Origin: Promethearchaeota archaeon
GTDB lineage: Archaea; Asgardarchaeota; Lokiarchaeia; Sigyniarchaeales; SOKP01
Reading direction: 5' to 3'
DNA length: 64,000 nt
NCBI GenBank assembly: GCA_016839705.1
Contig: JAEOTR010000032.1
Span: 17,731-81,730, forward strand
Shown here: positions 9,236 to 17,781 of the stretch, piece after piece
Layout of the letters: every line of letters begins with the position of its first letter
Position numbering within the stretch: the stretch's first letter is position 1
Made by a program: the position numbers and the translations under genes
The notes under the pieces: generated by a model
The model's input: only the letters and a program-made list of their open reading frames with translations
Told to the model about the DNA's origin: nothing
Database searches by the model: none

Positions 9236-11065
9236 ATGGTTAATGATGAAATACCAGAGCCTAAATCAGAAACCAAGAATAATTTTATACGGGAAGACAT
9301 ACAGTTTCAGTATTTCTGGTATTTATTCATCTTTTTTACTATTTACCTTACATCATATATTGTTCCAGCCTTTTTATTTATGAGTTATATCTTTCTCTTT
9401 TTCTTACCTAATTTTTTAGACACATCTAGTTTCATAGCACTATTTACTGAAATAAAGCCAATTCTAGCATTAGTATCAATGCCCTTAGTTATTATAGGCT
9501 GTTATCTTATTCGATTATTTTTTGTTGGGCTAATGACACGATTTTTTTGGAGATTGACTGAAAAAAAGTGTCCCAGTAAAGATGGAATAATACCAAGGAA
9601 TTTTCCCAGTAGAACTCTTAATTATTATCATATTCGAAGTTTCTTGATAAAATATGGAAAGAATACTTTTACTAAGGGAGCTTTCCCTTGGTTAAGCAAT
9701 TGGTTATATAATTTTGTTGGTTCAAGTGTGATAGGAAAGGGATCAACATTTGAGGAAAGCATAGGCAACGAAAAGTTTGGAATTGTCGGAAAAAATTGTT
9801 ATTTTGGTGCTGGTGCTGCTTTGGCGACTCATCTGGTTGACGGAACTTTTGGAAATATAAATTATTTCCATGTGAAAATTGGAGATAATGTTACCGCTGC
9901 TGCGGGAAACCTAGTTGCCGCAGGATCAGAGGCATATGATAATTCTTATCTACTACCGATAGCTTCTGCAGGAAAACATAGCTTATTAAAAGGAAATAAT
10001 TACTATTGGGGAATTCCATTAAGGAAAATATTTAGAAAAAAAACTATGGAATTTTTAGATTTAACACCAAAGGAATTAGAGATAAATGCAAATATCGTGG
10101 GATATACTGATAAAAAAGTATTGGAGAAATTAAAAAGTGAGAAATCTTTAGAGCCACCTGAGGAAATCATCCGCACCGAAACAGAAGAAAGTCTAGATAA
10201 TGAGAAAGAAATTGATATAAATGATTTAAGTGAAGAAGATTTAGCCTTAGATTTCACAACAAGTAGTGCAATTTCACGAGTGAACATAAAGTTTTTAGTA
10301 GTTTACATTCCAATTTTTTGGTTGTCTGGTATGTTGGATACGATAATTTTTTATACATTTATTTCCTTGGTAAGCAATAAATTTGTAATGATATTCTTCC
10401 TTCCAACGATTATTATTATTATGTGGTTCATTTTTATATTAGGGTGTTTCTTTTTCAGCAAATTATTCCTAGTCTTAATTAACTTAATACATAAACCAAA
10501 AGAGGGAATATTTAGAGCGGAAATTGGAGATACTGATTTTGAATTTTGGAGCTTGCGTACCGAAATAAAAAAAATAGTATTATGGCTTTTACGTAATTGG
10601 CCCCTTCCTTGGGCGGATATATTAGCATTTAAATTTTTCGGAGTAAAAATGACCTTATCAAGTTCATTATATGATTCTTGGTGCGATAGTGAATTTATAA
10701 CATTCGGGAGAAGAGTCTTAGTTGGACAGGGTGTGACGATTATGTCTTCAATGGTGATAGGTAAATACTTAATAATTAAGAATGTTATATGCGGTGATTA
10801 TTCACTTATAGGAGGTCATTCCACAATCGCACCAGGTACAATTATAGGGGAGGATACTTTTGTCAGTGCTCTTTCTACATCTGTGTATTCTCAGATCCTT
10901 GAACCGGGATGGATCTATATTGGAGTCCCTTGCATTAAACTAAAACCAAACAAATATGCTGAATCTCAAAGAGAAATATTAGTTAAAAGAGACGTAGATG
11001 AAGAGAGGAAATTTGAGATTGAACATGAAGTTAACATTGATGAAGATAAGAAAGATCTCTTATAA
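9236..11065 (+). CDS. Fused double module M1-M2: two TM-hairpin + LbH units (Pls/TIGR02353-like), no M3 partner
   Basis: 609 aa. M1 carries TM helices, PSKDGIIPRNFPSRTLNYYHIRSF, LbH turns and NYYWGIPLRKI. An acidic linker follows. M2 carries TM helices, IHKPKEGIFRAEIGDTDFEFWSLR, FGRRVLVGQGVTIMSSMVIGKYLIIKNVICGDYSLIGGHSTIAPGTIIG and GWIYIGVPCIKL. Confidence 0.8.
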   Translation: MVNDEIPEPKSETKNNFIREDIQFQYFWYLFIFFTIYLTSYIVPAFLFMSYIFLFFLPNFLDTSSFIALFTEIKPILALVSMPLVIIGCYLIRLFFVGLMTRFFWRLTEKKCPSKDGIIPRNFPSRTLNYYHIRSFLIKYGKNTFTKGAFPWLSNWLYNFVGSSVIGKGSTFEESIGNEKFGIVGKNCYFGAGAALATHLVDGTFGNINYFHVKIGDNVTAAAGNLVAAGSEAYDNSYLLPIASAGKHSLLKGNNYYWGIPLRKIFRKKTMEFLDLTPKELEINANIVGYTDKKVLEKLKSEKSLEPPEEIIRTETEESLDNEKEIDINDLSEEDLALDFTTSSAISRVNIKFLVVYIPIFWLSGMLDTIIFYTFISLVSNKFVMIFFLPTIIIIMWFIFILGCFFFSKLFLVLINLIHKPKEGIFRAEIGDTDFEFWSLRTEIKKIVLWLLRNWPLPWADILAFKFFGVKMTLSSSLYDSWCDSEFITFGRRVLVGQGVTIMSSMVIGKYLIIKNVICGDYSLIGGHSTIAPGTIIGEDTFVSALSTSVYSQILEPGWIYIGVPCIKLKPNKYAESQREILVKRDVDEERKFEIEHEVNIDEDKKDLL

Positions 11066-11158
11066 ACAATTTATCGGAAAAAACGCAAAGAGCGTTGCCG
11101 CTATTACTGTTCTACGATAATATTATCATAACATTTAAGATGGAATGTAATTAAACCA

Positions 11159-11830
11159 TCATTTTAATAATGTTCTCAAATATCTTAACCATTTATTGCG
11201 AGGCGCTTTAGCTTTATACCAATCATAATTGGAATCATCACCAAAAGGTTGATACTCCGTGTAATAAGCTTGGTCTTCATTAATATTGTCAATCTGTTGC
11301 TCAAGTAAAGCTATAAGGTTTTTTATGTCCTCTTGATGTTGACGAGATAACATGAATTTATCTCTTTCAGTAATATTTTCACTAGGATATTTACCGTTAA
11401 AGGAAAGAGTCAAAGAATGACTATAACGTTTAATGGTTTGTTTCAAATTCGGATGGTTTAATACGATTTCTCTCGCTCTATCTTTATATTTTGAAGTACC
11501 ATCAAACATGATGTCGAGACATGTATGGTAGTCTCTCAAATCAATCATGACCGTCTCTATTAATTCATTCCATGTAATTCCATAATTATACCGACAGGCA
11601 CGTTGATATATCCCTCTAAGAGCCTCTAATGAGTCGGAATTATTTATTTTTACAAGAGCATCAATGATTTGCGTATCCCTTTCCAAGTTACATAATTGGA
11701 AAAGCACTCTAACAGATTCTAAATCCCCTTTTTTTATTAATTTATTTATTTCTTTTTTCCTTGTTTTTGGGCTTGCTTGCCTTAGCTTATTAAACTTCTC
11801 TAATTTCTTGCCAGTAAAAAATCTATGCAT
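11159..11830 (-). CDS. Hypothetical protein (helical, HEAT-like N-terminus)
   Basis: 223-aa ORF with normal composition, convergent with 9236-11065. No motif recognised. Confidence 0.5.
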   Translation of the reverse strand: MHRFFTGKKLEKFNKLRQASPKTRKKEINKLIKKGDLESVRVLFQLCNLERDTQIIDALVKINNSDSLEALRGIYQRACRYNYGITWNELIETVMIDLRDYHTCLDIMFDGTSKYKDRAREIVLNHPNLKQTIKRYSHSLTLSFNGKYPSENITERDKFMLSRQHQEDIKNLIALLEQQIDNINEDQAYYTEYQPFGDDSNYDWYKAKAPRNKWLRYLRTLLK

Positions 11831-11933
11831 TGATACTCTCTATTTCTTTGATTTTAATTTTTATATTCAATTTTAATAAACTTTAGATTAATTTAAGTAT
11901 TAATGAAATATTTGGTGAAATTCAAAAATTATT

Positions 11934-12110
11934 CTAATCTAATTGGTTTCCACAATTTTCACAATATTTATTAATTTTTAAGTTTTCAGAGCCACAATAA
12001 TGACAAATTATTTTTTCTGTTTCTTGTCTAGGTCTTGGCTGATATATAGGTTCTGGTTGATACACAGGTTGTGCTTGGTAAGATGGGAGTGCTGGGTTTT
12101 TTTTAAATAT
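11934..12110 (-). CDS. Small Gln/Pro-rich protein with C-terminal zinc ribbon (start uncertain)
   Basis: The minus-strand frame is open from 12110 to stop 11936-11934: ..PALPSYQAQPVYQPEPIYQPRPRQETEKIICHYCGSENLKINKYCENCGNQLD. The only canonical start is GTG at 12065. Not in the ORF track (under 60 aa). Confidence 0.35.
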   Translation of the reverse strand: MFKKNPALPSYQAQPVYQPEPIYQPRPRQETEKIICHYCGSENLKINKYCENCGNQLD

Positions 12111-12476
12111 TCATATTTAAATAAAAAATTTCAGGAATGGTAAATTCAGCGTCTGATTTCAATTTCGAATAACATTTCATATAAAATTTGATTCTTTATT
12201 TTAATTTAGAAAAAACGTAAAATATCTCATAGTGCTAAAATATTTCAAGGAAAATATTGTTCCTATAGTAAAATTTTTTTTTAAGACAACTTTTAAGAGA
12301 ATATGTATCGAAAAACTTTGTATCGAAATATTGGAAGGTGAAACAAAATATCTGTTAAAAATCTTCCATTAACGAGAGAAAATATACCGTTTGAACGACT
12401 TTTTAACCCACGTGCGATAGTAATAATTGGTGTTTCAAAATTAAACCCATCTGGAGCAACTCAATATGTTCATGCA

Positions 12477-13892
12477 TTGAAGGGTGCTCAATTTCCGAAT
12501 CCAATTTATCTTGTAAACCCGAAATATATTGATGAGGATTTAATGGGATATAAGTTTTATGATTCTATATCTTCAATACCAGATGAAACACCAGTTGATC
12601 TTGCTATAATAGCGGTACCTGCACAATTAACTCCTTCGATTATTGAGCAATTAGGTAAAAAAGGAGTTTCATTTGCCCACATATTTAGTAGTGGATTCTC
12701 TGAATTAGATACTGAATTTGATAAAAAAGGTAAAAAACTAGAAGAAGAACTAATCAGAAATGCTTCAAGATATGGAATACGTATCCTCGGTCCCAATTGT
12801 ATGGGCATAGTTGCTCCAAAATCAAATCTTACTTTCTTAATGTCATTTAGGTCAATGCAAGAAGCAAATAAAGAATTCGATTCAAAAAATATTGAAGGTT
12901 TAGACGATCTTGGAAATTTAATAAATAACGGGCAAGTAGCTTTTATATCACAAAGTGGGGGGATTGCATTCACCCATGGAATGCTTTCACATTCATTAGG
13001 TTATAGTTTTTCAAAAATCGTCTCCCTTGGTAATCAAATTGATTTGGATTTACTTGATTTTCTTCGGTATTTTAAAGATGATCCAGAGACAAAAATAATA
13101 TCAATGTATATTGAAAATATTAAAAGAGAGGGGAATGAGTTTGTTCGATTATTAAAAGAGACAACTGCTAAGAAGCCTGTAATTATATGGAAAGGTGGTA
13201 TTTTCCAAACGGGTCATCAAGCAGTTATGAGTCATACAGGGGGATTAGCGGGTAATTATAAAATGTGGGAATCAATGGCATGTCAAACTGGAGTAATTCT
13301 AGTAGATAATTTTGTAGAATTAACAGATATGATACAAACATCTCTTACTTATCCATTTCCACAAACCTTAGGTACAGCAGTACTATCTATGAGCGGGGGT
13401 ACAGCGGTGGAAAGTACTGATGAAGTTGAACGGAATGGTTTACTTATGCCTCTTTTAACGCAAGAAGTGACACAAAAAATTAACCAATTTATCCCAGAAA
13501 TTAACTCTAATTTAAAAAATCCGTTAGAATTCGGAGGAAAGAACAGTTTAGAACATACTGTTAAAATTATCAAGATGTTGGGAGAAGAACCTCAATTTTC
13601 CTCCATAATAATGGCAAGTTCTCCAGAATATCTTGTTTTTCGAAGAGGAAATAGCTTGGATGATTATATTAAAGCAATTTCCAATGCTTTACCTCCTCAC
13701 TCGGGCAAAATACTATTGTGTGTTGCCAGCAGTATGAATATGTTTGAGCAAGGGATAAAAATGAACCTCGAATTTAGTTCCAAATCTCTATCCAATGGAT
13801 TTGTAGTATATCGTTCTACAGCAGCAGCAGCAAAATCTTGTTATCGCTGGTGGAAATACGGAAAGTATTTAGAAAAAAGAAAGATTGTTTAA
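12477..13892 (+). CDS. ADP-forming acyl-CoA synthetase, alpha-subunit type (CoA-binding + CoA-ligase domains)
   Basis: MSHTGGLAGN is the phospho-His loop, and ILGPNCMG, FISQSGG and KPVIIWKGG are present. The conserved N-terminus FERLFNPRAIVIIGVS is encoded in frame upstream (12384-12476) with no ATG/GTG/TTG, so the true start is probably near ATA 12384. Confidence 0.8.
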   Translation: MKGAQFPNPIYLVNPKYIDEDLMGYKFYDSISSIPDETPVDLAIIAVPAQLTPSIIEQLGKKGVSFAHIFSSGFSELDTEFDKKGKKLEEELIRNASRYGIRILGPNCMGIVAPKSNLTFLMSFRSMQEANKEFDSKNIEGLDDLGNLINNGQVAFISQSGGIAFTHGMLSHSLGYSFSKIVSLGNQIDLDLLDFLRYFKDDPETKIISMYIENIKREGNEFVRLLKETTAKKPVIIWKGGIFQTGHQAVMSHTGGLAGNYKMWESMACQTGVILVDNFVELTDMIQTSLTYPFPQTLGTAVLSMSGGTAVESTDEVERNGLLMPLLTQEVTQKINQFIPEINSNLKNPLEFGGKNSLEHTVKIIKMLGEEPQFSSIIMASSPEYLVFRRGNSLDDYIKAISNALPPHSGKILLCVASSMNMFEQGIKMNLEFSSKSLSNGFVVYRSTAAAAKSCYRWWKYGKYLEKRKIV

Positions 13893-13954
13893 TAAAAAAG
13901 ACCACCTTTATGTATTCAATCTTACTTTTCTTTTCAGTTTTAATAATACTAATT

Positions 13955-14344
13955 TTATTGGAGTCCTAATTCTTGTTTTAAAAATCTCGATAAATCTTCG
14001 CATGTTTCTTTTAATTCAGTTTCATCCTGATAAAATAGATGAGGTCTAGGACAATCATTATCATAAATACAATTATTTTCTTGAAAATTATAAATTAATG
14101 GGTAAAATCTACATCCTTGAGGGCGATATTCATATATTTTACATTCCTTTGAAAGAGAGTCTAAGAAAATGCAGTGATCCTCATTATTTTTTAATTGAAA
14201 AAACCCATCTCTATTTTTAAATACGAAATCATTTTTTTGTAGATTTTTAGTGGAATTTTTCATAATTCTATTAATATCACTCTCAGAAAGAATCATTTCA
14301 GTTCTTAAACAACATTCTCCGCAATTTTCACACTTATTTTTCAT
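13955..14344 (-). CDS. YkgJ/UPF0153 family cysteine-cluster (Zn/Fe-chelating) protein
   Basis: CENCGECCL....CIFLD....CKIYEYRPQGCRFYP is the CxxCxxCC family pattern. Confidence 0.75.
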   Translation of the reverse strand: MKNKCENCGECCLRTEMILSESDINRIMKNSTKNLQKNDFVFKNRDGFFQLKNNEDHCIFLDSLSKECKIYEYRPQGCRFYPLIYNFQENNCIYDNDCPRPHLFYQDETELKETCEDLSRFLKQELGLQ

Positions 14345-14479
14345 ATATTTTTATTAAAAGTATTAATCATAAATTTAAAGGGATAATAAATATCTTATAA
14401 AGTATATTAAGAATCAATTGCTTTTTAATTGAGTAAATGTTAATGAGTTGCATAGTATAACAATTTTCAATGAAAACTT

Positions 14480-16354
14480 ATGGTAACAATGAGCGAACAA
14501 GTTGACGAAAGCGAACCATCGAATTTGGATACTCCTGAAAATCAAGTTTTAAAAGAAGAGGTTAAACTTCAATTTTATTTGTATATTCTTATCTTTAGTT
14601 TTATTTTTTATAGTTCATGGGTTATCCCTGGTGTCTTCTTTTTTTGGTACGTTCTTCAAGTTTTTCTTCCTAATTTCTTAGAAATTTCTAATTTTATATT
14701 ACTTTTTACAGAGCCTAACTCTTTAATTGCATTCCTCTTGATGCCCATCGTTCTCATCGGATGTTACCTACTTCATCTAATCATTTTGGGGATATCAACT
14801 AAAATTTGTTGGAAAATTTCTGAAAAGATTTCCCCATCTAAGCCCGGAGTAATACCCAGGAACATTCGAAGTAAAGCCGTCAATTATTATCATATTAGAA
14901 GCTTTATGATCAAATATGGCAAAAATTCATTTACAAAAGGTGTTTTTCCGTGGTTAAGTAATTGGTTCTTTAATACTGTAGGCTCAAACAAAATTGGTAA
15001 AGGCACAACTCTAGAAGAATCTGTAGGAATGGATAAATTTATTGAAATTAAAAAAAATTGTTATATTGGAGTTAATAGTACTCTAGCCAGTCATCTTATT
15101 CAAGGAATTTTTGGAAATATCTCCTATTTTAAAATTAAAGTAGGGGATAATGTTACAGCAGCCGCTATGAGTCAAATTGGACCAGGCTCTGAAATAAATA
15201 ATGATTCGTTCCTACTCCCCCTAGCTTCTGCAACTAAACATAGTGTCTTAAAAGGAAAAAACTATTATTGGGGAATTCCCTTAAGAAAAATATTTAGAAA
15301 GAAAACTATAGAATATTTAGACCTTACTCCAACAGATTTGCAAAAAAATGAGAATATTTTGGGGTATACAGATAAAAAACTTCTAAAACAACTAAAGGCA
15401 AAAGAGATTCAAGAAACGTTGACTAACGAAGCTGTTAAAATAGAACAGGAAATTTCTAACTTGGATGAGAAAAGAATTGATGTTATTAAATTAGAAAAAC
15501 AAGATTTAGCAATTGATTTCACTACTAGCTCTGCTATCAGTAGAGTTAATTTAAAATTTTTAGCAGTCTATTTACCAATTTTCTGGTTAGCAGGCTTATT
15601 AATCTCAATATTATGGTATTGGTATTTGCTTGATCAAAAGTGGATACCTATTTTATCATTTCTACCTCTTATTTTGTTTGGCTCAATATATCTTTTCATT
15701 TTAGCATGCATACTTTTCAGCAAATTACTCTTAATTCTTATAAATTTAATACATAAACCAAAAGAAGGTATTTTTAAAGCAGAGATTGGGGATACCGACT
15801 TTGAATTTTGGACTTTAAGAACTGAATTGAAAAAAATCGCATTGTGGTTTATGCGAAATTCACCACTTCCATGGACTGACGTAGTATCATTAAGATTATT
15901 TGGTGTGGACATGGATGCTTCAAGTCATCTAAATGATGCATGGTGTGATGCCGAGTTTATTAAGTTTGGGAGAAAAAACTTAATCGGACAAGGAGCTACG
16001 ATTATGTCGTCCATGGTGGTAGGCCGATATTTGATTATAAAAAAAGTTGTATGTGATGATTATATCATGATTGGTGGTCATACTACGATTGCACCGGGGA
16101 CGATCATGGGTAAAGAATCCGTGATCGGTGCTATTTCTTCTACTACAGTAAATCAGGTGTTAGAACCAAATTGGGTATATTTTGGAATTCCTGCTATTAA
16201 ATTAAAAGAAAATAAGTATGCAGAAGAGAGGAGAGATGTAATTTTAAAGCGTGATGTGGATGAGGCAAAAAAATTTGAGATAGAACATGAAGTAAATATA
16301 GATGATGATAAAAAAGATTTAATTAAAAAAGAAAAAGAGGTAAAAGAAGTATGA
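14480..16354 (+). CDS. Fused double module M1-M2: two TM-hairpin + LbH units (Pls/TIGR02353-like)
   Basis: 624 aa, collinear with the 9236 protein throughout. Examples: PSKPGVIPRNIRSKAVNYYHIRSF, NYYWGIPLRKIFRKKTIEYLDLTP, IHKPKEGIFKAEIGDTDFEFWTLR, GQGATIMSSMVVGRYLIIKKVVCDDYIMIGGHTTIAPGTIMG. Confidence 0.85.
   Translation: MVTMSEQVDESEPSNLDTPENQVLKEEVKLQFYLYILIFSFIFYSSWVIPGVFFFWYVLQVFLPNFLEISNFILLFTEPNSLIAFLLMPIVLIGCYLLHLIILGISTKICWKISEKISPSKPGVIPRNIRSKAVNYYHIRSFMIKYGKNSFTKGVFPWLSNWFFNTVGSNKIGKGTTLEESVGMDKFIEIKKNCYIGVNSTLASHLIQGIFGNISYFKIKVGDNVTAAAMSQIGPGSEINNDSFLLPLASATKHSVLKGKNYYWGIPLRKIFRKKTIEYLDLTPTDLQKNENILGYTDKKLLKQLKAKEIQETLTNEAVKIEQEISNLDEKRIDVIKLEKQDLAIDFTTSSAISRVNLKFLAVYLPIFWLAGLLISILWYWYLLDQKWIPILSFLPLILFGSIYLFILACILFSKLLLILINLIHKPKEGIFKAEIGDTDFEFWTLRTELKKIALWFMRNSPLPWTDVVSLRLFGVDMDASSHLNDAWCDAEFIKFGRKNLIGQGATIMSSMVVGRYLIIKKVVCDDYIMIGGHTTIAPGTIMGKESVIGAISSTTVNQVLEPNWVYFGIPAIKLKENKYAEERRDVILKRDVDEAKKFEIEHEVNIDDDKKDLIKKEKEVKEV
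16337..16341 (+). promoter_or_regulatory. Shine-Dalgarno-like GAGGT before ATG 16351
   Basis: GAGGT lies 9 nt upstream of an ATG that overlaps the upstream stop (ATGA). Confidence 0.45.
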
Positions 16355-17259
16355 GTGTTCCTAATACAATGCGTGTTGGTCCTTTTACACCAACAATATT
16401 GGCAAAAAAAAGATATTTAATATTATACATTTTCCTTATTTGGGCGAGTATAATTCCACTATTATTAGAGTTTTGGATTTATTGGCGTTTTTTATGGTAT
16501 TTACCAAGTCCAGTTCATTTTTATACTTATCTACCTCTGTTAATATTTTTGATGTATGTTACGATTGTATTTTCAGCAATATTTTTTACCAAGATACTTT
16601 TGGTAATAATCAACGCTATTCATAAACCAAAAGAGGGGACATTTTTAAGGATCCCTGCAGATAAAGATTTTCGATATTGGAGTCTGCGGAATACAATTAA
16701 ACGGTGGCCAGTTTGGCTTGCACATAGATTTCCTTTTCCAGGGATTTTAGATAATATATGTTTTAAAGCTTTCGGGGTTAAAACTAAAATCTCAAATTCT
16801 TTATTCGAAGGATGGGTTGACACAGAATTTATTGAATTTGGAAAAGATGTTGTGGTGGGACAAGGAGCAATCGTTCAATCAGCAGTAATTATTGGGAATC
16901 TTCTGATTATTAGAAAGACAGTTATTGAAGATAATATAAGAATAGGTTCCCATGCTATAGTTATGCCAGGCACCCATATTGGGCATAACTGTATCTTAGC
17001 TGCCAATAGTGTAACTACGGTTGGGCAAGTGCTAGAGCATGATTGGATTTATGTTGGCATTCCTGCTAAAAAATTCAAAGTTAATTATTTCTTTGAAGAT
17101 GGTCTTGAAGATAAATTAGGCGATGTGGAAGATGTAGAGGCATTAAGAAAGCGATATGAAGAAATATATACAAAACGCTATGATGAGCTCACCCATAAAG
17201 AACGAAAAGAATTAAAGAAAGAGAAGAAAGAAGAAGAAAAAAAGAGATGGGAACCTTAG
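16351..17259 (+). CDS. TM-hairpin + LbH module M3 (Pls/TIGR02353-like)
   Basis: 302 aa. IHKPKEGTFLRIPADKDFRYWSLRNTIKRWPVWLAHRFPFPG, FGKDVVVGQGAIVQSAVIIGNLLIIRKTVIEDNIRIGSHAIVMPGTHIG, DWIYVGIPAKKF, and a Lys/Glu-rich tail. ATGA-coupled to 14480-16354. Confidence 0.85.
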   Translation: MSVPNTMRVGPFTPTILAKKRYLILYIFLIWASIIPLLLEFWIYWRFLWYLPSPVHFYTYLPLLIFLMYVTIVFSAIFFTKILLVIINAIHKPKEGTFLRIPADKDFRYWSLRNTIKRWPVWLAHRFPFPGILDNICFKAFGVKTKISNSLFEGWVDTEFIEFGKDVVVGQGAIVQSAVIIGNLLIIRKTVIEDNIRIGSHAIVMPGTHIGHNCILAANSVTTVGQVLEHDWIYVGIPAKKFKVNYFFEDGLEDKLGDVEDVEALRKRYEEIYTKRYDELTHKERKELKKEKKEEEKKRWEP

Positions 17260-17297
17260 TTTTTAATGCTTATAACAAAAAACTTCTAACTTAAGAT

Positions 17298-17729
17298 CTA
17301 ATATTCAAGGACTCCTGTTTGCATAATCATTTTCCATTCATTTTCTACCTTTGAAAACACTTTACAAACTCTACCTTTCCAATGGTTTTTATTCTCCTTA
17401 GAATCTATCCATAAGGTATCAATATCTACCACTGCAAAAGCTCCATCTCCTTCCTTCGAAATTACGATTTTCCGTATTTCTCGTTTATTAAGGACTAATC
17501 TATGCGTATTAAAAAGATCTAACCAACCCTTTCTCCAACGATCATAATTATATCTTCCCCATTCTAAAACCCAGTCAATGGGATCGTGAGATTGTGGTGT
17601 TTTAGGCCATGGCCATACCATATCTTGATGAAAAACCGTCATCAGGAGATCCACGTTTTGAGTATCCCAAGCTTTAGTTTCCCGGTTGACGATTTCTACA
17701 ATCTCTTTTCTAACCTTATTATCGGACAT
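17298..17729 (-). CDS. NTF2-like (SnoaL/DUF4440-type) protein
   Basis: 143 aa. IVNRETKAWDTQNVDLLMTVFHQDMVW and the C-terminal W..MQTGV pattern are typical of NTF2-fold small proteins. Confidence 0.55.
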   Translation of the reverse strand: MSDNKVRKEIVEIVNRETKAWDTQNVDLLMTVFHQDMVWPWPKTPQSHDPIDWVLEWGRYNYDRWRKGWLDLFNTHRLVLNKREIRKIVISKEGDGAFAVVDIDTLWIDSKENKNHWKGRVCKVFSKVENEWKMIMQTGVLEY

Positions 17730-17781
17730 AAATATAGTGAAGATCGACTTGTACTAAATGGAATTGAATAACTGATTAAAT

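Noticed and set aside
11082-11096. Hairpin AACGC-AAAGA-GCGTT between convergent genes, considered as a terminator or regulatory element.
   Set aside because: It is only a 5-bp stem and has no following T-tract on either strand, which is too weak to annotate.
12339-12341. In-frame TGA between the mini-ORF MYRKTLYRNIGR and the ACD alpha N-terminus, considered as a possible Sec or read-through codon.
   Set aside because: The TGA does not replace a conserved Cys. The upstream peptide has no homology to ACD N-termini, which begin about 8 residues before the FNP motif. A separate start is more parsimonious.
12557-13573. Minus-strand ORFs 12557-12973 and 13349-13573 lie inside the ACD alpha gene. 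Similar shadows lie at 32307-33207, 33591-34249, 44232-44633, 55062-55352 and 58484-58799.
   Set aside because: Each lies entirely within a CDS that carries strong family motifs on the other strand, and none has a motif of its own.
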